From positions 83,204,001-83,268,000 of the forward strand of contig NC_043005.1 in assembly GCF_006345805.1 (NCBI RefSeq): a DNA stretch of 64,000 nt, read 5' to 3'. How positions within the stretch are numbered: the first letter of the stretch is position 1; each line of letters opens with the position of its first letter. Origin of the DNA: Octopus sinensis. Lineage: Eukaryota. The position numbers and the translations under genes are program-made. This document shows, in pieces, positions 53,559 through 64,000 of this stretch. Under the pieces are notes generated by a model, which searched no databases, was not told the DNA's origin, and saw only the letters and a list, made by a program, of their open reading frames with translations.

Positions 53559-54071
53559 TCTATATATATAAAACTGTAGTTGTGTGAGTGTCTGTCCCCT
53601 TCGATTTAGATTCCTAACTACTCCCACATTTTGCGGTGCAGTTTAACCAAATTCGGGTATCTTATAATCGTGATTCATATCGAGCCCGTCTGAGTATTAG
53701 CGCGCGTCTACGATGAGTCTACGATTTTAAAAATAATTTAACATCATTTTTTATTCCATTTTAATGCATAATTTTTCGTGAGTCGATGGCGGCGGAGTTG
53801 GCGTCCATGGTCACACCTGCACCTGTTTGCTTCTCCCCCTTTTTCCCTCCCTCGTGAAGCTGTGGGGAAGGGAGTGTAAGGAAATCAACGTCGTAAAGCG
53901 TTGTCAAGGAGACCAGCGTTCTTTTAGAACAACGACGTCATGGCTTGAAGACACCAAAACAGAAATGGCTAAGAAAGCCCGAATTGGCATCTATAAGGGA
54001 AGTAACTCTCTTAAAATGCTTATATAGTTATTTCCCTTACAAACCCGAGCAACGCCGGGCGATACTGCTAG
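53559..54071 (+). mobile_element. non-autonomous Helitron (513 bp)
   Basis: TC...CTAG|T; near-identical inverted partner of 46905-47417. Confidence 0.9.
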
Positions 54072-54161
54072 TTTGTATATAATTTACTGTTCCGTTAATG
54101 GTGCGATCAACTAAAACTTACTCTAGCCAGAAAGAGATAAATATCATTTAATATGTACACA

Positions 54162-54355
54162 GAAGGCGGTGAACTGGCACAATCGTTAGCGCTTAGCGGC
54201 ATTTCGTTCATCTTATTTCCTGAGTTCAGACTCCGCCAAGGTTAGCTTTGCCTTTCATCTTTTCAAGGTCGATAAAATAAATATCAATTGAACACTGGGG
54301 TTTATGTTATCGACTTACCCTCTCCCACAAACTTGCTGAACTTGTGCAAAAATTT
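54162..54355 (+). mobile_element. SINE family A, degenerate
   Basis: AAGGCGGTGAACTGGCAC head, GAGTTCAGACTCC and TTTGCCTTTCATC central domain. Confidence 0.7.
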
Positions 54356-54464
54356 GAAAGTAATATATACACAGGATTTAAGTTGGTGTTACATATCATA
54401 TTTGCATATTTAAATGTACGTATATATGATTCTATGTATGTGTGTAAGCACGTATGTACGTGTG

Positions 54465-54496
<32 letters not shown>

Positions 54497-54607
54497 TGTA
54501 TGTATGTATGTATGTATGTATGTATTATGTATGTATGTATGTATTTATGTATGTATGTATGAACGTGTGTACGAGACGTATGTATGTACGTGTGTACGAG
54601 ATGTATG

Positions 54608-54639
<32 letters not shown>

Positions 54640-54802
54640 CACTCGCTTAGATCAAAGTATGGCTGAACATAACTCGATTATTCATTAATTGCATATGATC
54701 AAGACAAAATTTCAATGGTGAATCATAGCTCAAAGGAGACAGAAAGAACAAAACAGTGCTTTTACTTTTATTTATTCTATCCTCATTTTATTTATTCATA
54801 TA

Positions 54803-54992
54803 TCTTTTATCTTTCACTTGTTCTGTCATTAGACTACAGCTATGCTAGGGCATCACCTTGAAGAATTTCAGTCGAACGAATTGAAGCTGGGTACTTATTC
54901 TATCGGATACTTTTGGCGAACCGCTAAGTTACGAGGACACCAATACCGGTTGACAAGCACACCAACCGGTTGTCAAGCGGTAGAGGTGCGAC
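54803..54992 (-). mobile_element. SINE family B, 3' half
   Basis: TACTTATTCTATCGG...GCGAACCGCTAAGTTACG...ACCGGTTG(A/T)CAAGC duplicated. Confidence 0.7.
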
Positions 54993-55029
54993 ACATTTAT
55001 ATATTTTCTAAATATATCGCGCACATATG

Positions 55030-55161
55030 GTTGTGATGCATGTGCCTGGTGTGCCTTTATCAGTCATGATGGGTGTCATGATGGGTAGTCATGATGGGTG
55101 TACTGGACTTCGTATATTTTACCCCAGTGTCACTTTGATGGCATTCACTGTTTTCTTACTC

Positions 55162-55217
<56 letters not shown>
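55030..55217 (+). mobile_element. probable 3' tail of a non-LTR retroelement ending in (AAT)n
   Basis: About 130 nt of non-simple sequence with triple TCATGATGGGT runs directly into (AAT)n 55162-55217. No ORF motif, so the family is unassigned. Confidence 0.35.
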
Positions 55218-55218
<1 letters not shown>

Positions 55219-56638
55219 CATAAGTGTTAATAAGATCGGAGACAGCACCGAACGTTAGGGTGTGGACTTATTTTTTAAAAACGTGCAAATAAAATAAGTA
55301 ACAAAAACGAAAGATAAAAGAAATCAAAAAGAAGATTCGCTAAAAATGAGGGACTTCCGAGAGCTACGCGTCGAAACCCAACAAAAAACTTCGATTACTT
55401 TGACCACTAAGGCAGCTATCCTTCTCCAATCTATAAATGTATGCCTAGAATAGGCCAGATCAGTCGGCCTATGTTCGCCACTTTCATCCACCTTTCAACA
55501 TGTTTACTAAAAAGCAGCAGTTTTCACTGCATCCTCATATCCCTTTTCAAGTAAAACTGGAAACAGTTGATGAAGGCTTGACCAAAAAAGGTGTCTATGT
55601 TTAGTTCTTTCTTTCTCGTTCACTACACAACCTCTTTGCTAAGCCACCAGACAGCTAAACACTGCCTGTTGTTCCCGGTCAAAGGAAGGAAGCATAACTA
55701 TCTCAGCCAGAGTCGTCCTATGCGTGACAGGAACTGTTCGACATAAGTCCACAAGTCAGAAATGCTTGAACATTAAAACAGTGAGAAAAGAACGATTACG
55801 ACACTCTACGCGCATCTCGGACAGGCCGGACAGATGGAACTTCTGGCCCTGTAGAATTCTGTGTCTCAGAAGTCTTAGTACCGAAACAGTAAATATAAAC
55901 ATAGTTGATGGTAATGAATGGTTAGTTATTAAAACGGCTATTGTACGTAATGTTCACTCTATGTTGCATAGAGTTGATGTAATTGCTAATGGATATCTAT
56001 CATCAGGTGCAAACACGATCGAATGCTTAAGGAAGTTTGCTTCTCAATCAAAAAGTTGCAGTTTTGACCCTAATACACGACACAGCTGTCAGACTTGGTT
56101 AGCTGTTGCAGTAGTCTAGATCCTGATCAGTCTCGATTGAGTTAACTAATTGAGCAAGGCTTTTCTTTGGATTATTTTTTTCTGGTATACTGCATACAGA
56201 ATCCCTTATCCAATGTGTGTTTCATTTTTTTGTTAAGACGAAAGAATGTGATCTAGCTGAGATTTAACTACTTTTTCTAAGAATTCGAGAGTTCACGTAG
56301 AAGTACCATTTTTGGCTCTAAATTTTTAAAAATCAAAATTGAGCGGACAGTGAGCCAGTCTTATCACATATTGTGTCACGATGATTCTACCTAAATATTG
56401 TTTCATAGATACAAATGCCTGCGGAATACTCAGCCATTTACACTATGATCCACTAAAAAAAATTGTCTAAATTTATGTTTTTCATTTGTAAACCCCTTAG
56501 GATGAATACAGAAAAGTATGTTGAAATAATGTATGTCCCTATGTACCTTTAAGTAGGTGCGCGAGTGCACGTGTGTTTACGTGTGTGTATGTGTCTGCAT
56601 ACACTTATATAGATAGACAAGCCCATCTACTTAATCTA

Positions 56639-57290
56639 CAGGTTGTACAAAAAATCAGACCCTATTTTAATAAAAATGGTTTAATCTATGTTTTTGCAAA
56701 AACTGAGAAGGAATACAGAAGAGTGTGTTGCAAACAGTTATCTGGATAATTCAATGAAAGACATACAATAAAATCAGAAATAAGTTTAGAGAAGAAATTC
56801 AATCAAGTAGATCCAGTAGACAAATGATATATAAACTAGTGAACAAATTTTGATGAACTGTTTTTGTACATGCTGAAAGAAGTGGACATTAAAGTATGTC
56901 AGAAGATGATGTCGATGTTGTGAATGAAATTAATAATGCAAATTCATGAATGCCTCTACGTGCAGTGGCATCGGCAGCAGCAGCAGCACTCGGACTTCCG
57001 AACTCTCGAAGACATCAATGCAGAAAGTTCAACAAAAGTAGCACTAGCAGATGAGACGATATATAAACTAGGAAACAAACTTATACCAAATGATTCTGTA
57101 CATGATGAAATAAGTGAATAAATGGATGTCCAAGTATGTCAGAGGATAATGTGAACTCTGCTAGTCAAATTATTAATGAGAATTCATAGGTATTTCTTTG
57201 TGCAGCAGCAGCACACAGACTCAGTCTCTCAAAGACATCTATGCACCACATTCTGAAAGTTGATTTGCGTCAAAAAAAGATGAAGAACGG
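56639..57290 (+). mobile_element. very old Tc1/mariner-superfamily 5' remnant with duplicated HTH-coding module
   Basis: TA|CAGGTTGTACAAAA TIR-like start. Translation SRQMIYKLVNKF..HAERSGH*SMSEDDVDVV... repeats as ETIYKLGNKL..GCPSMSEDNV...HRLSLSKTSMHHILK. Confidence 0.5.
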
Positions 57291-57807
57291 TCGCTTCAGA
57301 TTTTACGTGATTCGTCAGATTATTGCTACACACAGTACGTCGTAGGAATCTGTAAACGGAAAGTATATAAACTAAGACATTTTTTAATCGAAATACTACC
57401 CTACTTTATGTCCACGGTGTATTGCGCGGCCATCATTGATTGGTTATATTATGTAATATTTCTACGGACGATAACCTGAATGAATACATCAACGTTATTA
57501 GCAGTTAATCAGTAATATGAATTACAGAGTTAATTTTCAGTTACATTTCATTACTGATTCCCATGTGATTTTTAGTATCGTGGATGTTAGTGATATATCT
57601 CAAGCTCCGAAATTATTCTAAATATTCTAAATATTTCCAAAGTAGTAGTTTCTAATTAAGTCTTTCCTGCAAGCACCATGTGGAAGTGAGAACGCTACCA
57701 GGCTATTATCGTCGCCATTATTAGACTGGTTCAAATTGTCTTTGATTGCGTTGGTTGGGTTGTACATTGAAAATGTGTATATGATAAATAAGAATACCAT
57801 TTATATG

Positions 57808-57866
<59 letters not shown>

Positions 57867-59016
57867 TATACATATATATATATATATAATATATATATAT
57901 ATAAATATAAATATATATATATATTATATATGTATATATTTATATATGTATATATATATATTTATATATATATATATTTATATATTTATATATATATACA
58001 TATATATGTGTGTGTGCATATGCACATATATATGTGTGTGTGTGCGTGTGTGTGAGTGTGTGTATGTATGTATATGTGTGTGTGTGTATGTATGTATGTT
58101 TGTATGTATGTACGTATACACACACATGCACACATACATGAATAGAGAGATAGATGACCTGATAGACAGATAGCTAGTTAAAGAGAGAGAGAGAGAGGGT
58201 GGGAGACAGTCAGACAGACAGACTGATTGATAGATAGACGTGAAATGATGATAAACGTCAGCAAAGTGATAACTGTATTTAAAAAAGAAAAATCATATTT
58301 TAAAAATTTGTTACACAAATGATGTCATTTGGATCCAGTTATGTCCTTGGATGGACCTCTTACCGCAGACATCCAAACATGACAATACAGTCATGATTTC
58401 AGGTATAGTGCATATAAATCTGGGTCATCGAATATGCCCTTTTTTCTTTAAGTTGTGATTTGAAAAAGCTTTCGCCAAGTATTTCTGACAGGTAGAGTGT
58501 TGGTACATAGATCTCGCCCTTATTGGCTCGGTGTTAATAAAAACGGTAAGAAAAGAAGTCTATTGGAAATAAGGAAATACGTGTCAAAGATAGTAAATGT
58601 CAGATTTAGAATTTCAAAACGGCAAGTCTTAATATGAATTTCAAAGAACGAACAATGTTAGTGTTCTTTGAGGGGAAGAGACAGCTAAGGTTTCGGTAGA
58701 AGGCATTTCTACGTAGAATGAATGGAAGAAGTCAATAAGTGGAAGTAATATGGCGGAAAGGAATACGAAACGAATCAGAGACATGGAGATAGCGGGAGTG
58801 GGAGAAGTTAGAGAAAGGAGAGAGAGAAAGAATAAGTGTGTTGAGAAAGAAAAACATAGGTTGGGGTGGGGGAATAGACACATTGAATAATGTAGTTGTA
58901 GAATACATTAATGCCTTAAAACAACACAGAATGGTCACGGCTGGAACGTCAATCTCGAATAAAAGTAATAGCAAAAACAAAGTTGAAGATTACGAGTGGG
59001 TGTACGTGTGTGTGTG

Positions 59017-59051
<35 letters not shown>

Positions 59052-59233
59052 ATACACACGCTCACACACTCACATACACACATATACATATATGATTAAC
59101 AAACAGGAAGTAACTATGTCTCTATACAGGTACAAAGACTTACAAATAAACATAAATATATACATACAAACGCGAAAACATCTACATGAGTATGTGCATA
59201 CGTCCATGCTCATACATACATATCTACATATAT

Positions 59234-59296
<63 letters not shown>

Positions 59297-60272
59297 TATA
59301 TATAATTACTCGTGCATGAATACCTACATACACAAAGACCAAGGTATAAATGCACTTCACAAATAGTATGTTGGTGAGAACGGAGATAGTTTGGGGAAGA
59401 AGATGAAATTTAGATACCACTTTGCGAGAGTACAAAAATAAAGAAAGAGTAAAAGGTGAGACGATGCGAATGTTTAGATTCTTCTTTTAAAATTTTGTAA
59501 GGAAATAGTTGCCAAAACTCCTTGAAATCACAAGAGTATATTGGATAACCAAGATCTGAATCTTAGAAAGATGCGTGGGTGTATAACTGCTTTAAAATAA
59601 CCTCGCACAAACACGTGAGTGTGTGAACACGTGCACTGCAGAACAAACGCGAGGGCGAATCCCTATCAACATGAGGTTCTAAGAATTAAAAAAGGAATGG
59701 TGGGAAAAGTAGTAATAAAAGAGAGAAAGAATTGGAAGGGTACAAGAAAGACGTTCGTTGGTGTTACATAGAAAATTACGAAGAGTGATGATATGTTTCT
59801 TTTCCTCATTTTTACGGATGCGAGAAGATGCGTGCTGTAAGACAACGCTGTAAACTCTGAGATGGTCTGTTGTTGTTGACGCTATTGTTTATTAACTGAG
59901 GACCAGCCCTGATCGAGCAGACTTACAATCAAAGTCATTCCAGCTAAAACTATACACCTATGGGCTCATGACACTTTCTGTAGGCTACGACGTTAAACTG
60001 AAATTACCCTCATGTCCAATGGTGAAGAGGAGTTTAAAAAGATCAAGTGAGGTAGGGAAAAAGGCGTTGAAAAGGAATTTATTGTGTAGTGATGTTAGAA
60101 GTAAGAAGTGAGTCACTTCGTAGTAACCGAACTTATTCTATTTTTATGGGTTAGCGTTTTAGCTATGGTTAAGGAAATTTAAATTGCTGGGGAAGGTATG
60201 TCGGTGACTGGATATAAGTCCAAGACCCAATCACCTACCAGCTTATGATGTAAAAAGAAAGCAATAATTAGA

Positions 60273-61017
60273 TAGATACGTATGTAAGTAGGTATGGAGG
60301 TATGTAGGGAGGCATTAAAGGGGAAAGAGGCAGAGAGGTAGGAAAGTAGTATGGAGGAAGAGAGGTGACCAGGAGAGGAACGGGCTTCACTAGATTTAAA
60401 TTGCCTAAAACACTAATCACCCCTTTATCAAAGGTCGAAGCCCCAAGGAAGGAAGGAGGGAAGATGAAAGAAAAGAAGGCAGGTAAGAAGGAAGGAAGGA
60501 AGGAAGGAAAGAAGGAAGGAAGGAGGGAAGATGAAAGAAAAGAAGGCAGGTAAGAAGGAAGGAAGGAAGGAAGGAGATTGGAAGGAAGGGAGGGGGAAAG
60601 AAAGGAAGAAATAAAGATAATGAAGAAGGTAGGTAGGCAGGCTGGTGTAAAAAGAACAATTTTTAAATTAAAATAAAACATTTTGCTTAAACAAAATTAA
60701 GTAATAAAGGAAGACAGAAAGAGGAAGAAGCAAAACAATGAGGTGTGGGGTGAATTAAAGATAAGGTGAATGAATGAATGTTAACAAAACAACAGAATTG
60801 GAATGAAAAGAAAAAATTTATATTTAAAAAAAGAAAAATAGCAAAAACAGGAACTGACTGCCAAAGAGGAAATAAATGCATGCGAAAAATCAGTGAAAAG
60901 TTTAGGAAAAAAGAGTTGGGATACAGAGAAGACAAAATGGCGGAAAATAAAAACAGGAAAAACGCATGGTAGGGAAGTAACATGTATAATAGCAAATGGT
61001 AAATCAGACTGCTGCTG

Positions 61018-61050
<33 letters not shown>

Positions 61051-61081
61051 GCAACTGTAGCAGCAGCAACAGCAACAGCAA

Positions 61082-61139
<58 letters not shown>

Positions 61140-61619
61140 TGATTTTGTTTAACTCTAAGTTACCCCTGATGGAGCTGATACCCGCCCCATGCTTTTATCG
61201 CTTTATGGTGTGATGTATCTAGGACTACACTATTTGATGCACAAAACCATAGGACCATTATTATATCGATGCCACTTCCCTTACCAGTGAAAACAACACA
61301 CTTTATCTCATTCACCAATAAATATATTCCAGCGCTAAAAACCCACGTCCATTAGTTTCCTGGTCATCTCTTGCTGTCGATAACCTTCGCTTGTCTACCT
61401 CTTGTATTTTACGAACATTGTTACTCCTGTTTAGAGTCCTTCCCTTCTCATTCCACACACCACACACCAGAGACTACGTCCTTTACCATAATTAAATCAG
61501 CGGGTTTTAATTCAATACAACTTGTGCTCCATCCTCTTTTTATCTTTCTAGGTAGATACGTATGTAAGTAGGTATGGAGGTATGTAGGGAGGTATTAAGG
61601 GGGAGAGAGGCAGAGAGGT
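60273..61619 (+). repeat. 67-bp direct duplication 1280 bp apart
   Basis: 60273-60339 and 61553-61619 match at 64/67. Confidence 0.85.
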
Positions 61620-62047
61620 CTACACAATCCAGTGGTTCTTGTGCACGTTCCTTTTTTTTAAGACTACAGCATCCGATATGTCCTTTTATTTCGGTGACAA
61701 TGAGAATTTAACTGTTCTTTCTAACAGATCGAAGTACCGAGTAAAGGTTCTCTCACAATTTCGTCTCTCTATAACCAAAAGAGATTATTGCTGCTGTCGT
61801 TGTTGTTGCTGGTGTTGCAGTTGTTGGTGGTGGTGGTGGTGCCATTGGTGCTGTTGCTGCTATTGCTGCAGCTGGTGCCGCTGATGGTGTCATCGTTTTC
61901 GTAGTCGTCGTTGCCATTTAGCCTTCCTGCCTGCCCTCATCAAGCAAACCTATGATGGAAGACATAACGAGCAAATTATAACCATATCCATCCTGTGTTT
62001 TTCTTAGTAACCGTTCACCCGCTTCTCTCTCATTCTCTCCTCTCTCG

Positions 62048-62120
<73 letters not shown>

Positions 62121-63224
62121 CCGAGTTCAACCATGTGTTCTAGGTTTCTTTTGATTACGGCAAATTTTGCATGAGATTTGGCTTCTATCTCTAGCTAGTT
62201 GGTCAACTGCGCAGAGGTTCCAGGAGGGGCTGAATTCTAAACAATTTCTGCCAATATATCTACACTGAAGGCGGTAGCTATAACAATCCGGCTATATAGC
62301 AATAACTACGAAGATATCTATAACAAACAGTACAACTATTAACACACGGGATATTAATAACTGGTAAATAGCAGTGACAAACCAGTCAAATATTACTCTC
62401 AAACTTGTCTTATTTTTTATTCCTTTTTGTTTTGTTTTTTCTTTCTCATTTCTTAATTTGAGAAACAGAGAGCAAAAGAAAAAAGGGAAATTATAAACCC
62501 AACACCTCTAATTAGAGGGAGTGCTTAAATGATTGCTTCTGGTACAGCGCCACACATACACTAATTGATTTCTTAATTTGGCGTGGAGCCTGAATTAATC
62601 GACTGTGGCGTCAATTCGTCAAGTGAGTTCCCCACGCATCACTGCATCTGCTATTATATGTTAAATTAATGAGAATTGATCTTCTTGAAGCAAGAGTCGA
62701 AAAAGTTGTTGGAGGCCGGTGCCTGCAATGCGGTTTCGATTCACAAGATAAACTCGATTCATTTCAATTGACTGCATTGAGGTGAGGGAGCCTAACAAAT
62801 TTAAAATAAAAAGTAATGTCCTTCGAATCAACGAAAAATTCTTCATGCGACCGCTTGACTTGCTGGAAAGAGCAGGAAGATTAAACTTCAAATCACAATC
62901 TACCATCTTAAAAAAATGTCTGACAATGTAGCCATAGATATATAAAAAAAATAATCCGAGATAGTCATGGCTGGAAAGCCTTTGATCATTGGTCTGTTTA
63001 ATCAAGGCTCACCAAGGGCTAAAGAAAAAAATTCTTCAAGCAACAAATATTGATTTTTAATTTTTTTTATATATATTTGATACATGACTACTTCTATACA
63101 AGGAAACGATCGATTAAATCGAACCTAGACAGGTTTATCAATCATTGAAAAACGCTAAGTAAAATCGACTCCTGATTCAGAATATAAAGATCCGTGACTA
63201 ATTATCAATTTTCTCATAAAAGGA

Positions 63225-63360
63225 GTAGACATGGCTGTGTGATTAAAAACCACGTCTCTTCGTGGTTTAATCTCATGATGCGGCATCTTGGGTGTCTTCT
63301 ACTATGGACCCGAGCTGATCAGCGCCTTGTTAGTGAATTTCGTTGATGGAAACTAAACAG

Positions 63361-63362
<2 letters not shown>
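63225..63362 (+). mobile_element. SINE family B, degenerate 5' half ending at (TA)n
   Basis: ATGGCTGTGTGAT...GTGTCTTCTACTAT...GCCTTGTTAGTGAATTT...GATGGAAACT. Confidence 0.55.
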
Positions 63363-63705
<343 letters not shown>

Positions 63706-63706
63706 C

Positions 63707-63838
63707 AAGGTATAAATAATGGTCATTACATATTTTTCTTTATTGCTTTAAATTTGACTTACAACTGTTTCCAGAAGTCATTATCGGTCAAATTTACTAC
63801 AATAGAGAAAAATATATAATGACCATTATTTATACCTT
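63707..63838 (-). ncRNA. 132-bp hairpin whose loop is a hammerhead-like core
   Basis: Outer arms 63707-39/63806-38 (32/33) and inner arms 15/19. Loop on minus: CCGATAA-T-GACTTCTG-GAAAC-AGTT-GTA. Confidence 0.55.
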
Positions 63839-64000
63839 ATCTTATATATCACTCTGTGTAAAAACCAGTATCACTGGACCACAACCATGGATTTACAATA
63901 TAGAATGGTGATTAACTATGACCTTAGACACTGCAACAAGGTTACGCGGAGTTCTTTACTAATCTAAACTATATTGTTAGCATGGCGTACTAACATATTT

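Noticed and set aside
55400-56100. Possible RTE 3' fragment on the minus strand (LKRDMR)
   Set aside because: Only one short motif; collinearity with RTE could not be established.
62660-62790. Plus-strand MRIDLLEARVEKVVGGRCLQCG... ending at GAG|GTGAGG
   Set aside because: Short, unrecognised, weak acceptor context and no supporting partner exon.

Overview
Eukaryotic, very AT-rich, microsatellite-saturated DNA with no recognisable intact protein-coding gene. The repeat landscape looks like a coleoid cephalopod (Octopus-like) intron or intergenic region; this assignment is an inference. Almost all ORFs in the supplied track are read-throughs of simple repeats. The real content is a layered mobile-element fossil record. 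DNA transposons: a full-length Tc1 (DD34E) with TIRs and TA TSD, two full-length mariners (one DD34D; one inserted exactly into a LINE RDLG codon, the other interrupted by a SINE), a DD37D maT remnant, and hAT and mariner MITEs. Retroelements: CR1/L2-like, RTE and R4/Dong LINE fragments, a Penelope-like GIY-YIG fragment, and several tRNA-derived SINE families. There are also four non-autonomous Helitrons, three of them bracketing a tRNA-Asp(GTC) pseudogene. The most unusual signal is a recurring set of minimal hammerhead-ribozyme-like motifs (core...GAAAC-palindrome-GTH). Several carry a CCGANGA-T core variant and several sit in long foldback hairpins, suggesting Penelope-derived or retrozyme-like non-autonomous elements. 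A few weak candidate minus-strand exons hint at a host gene. All coordinates and alignments were done by eye; family names come from remembered motifs, not database searches.
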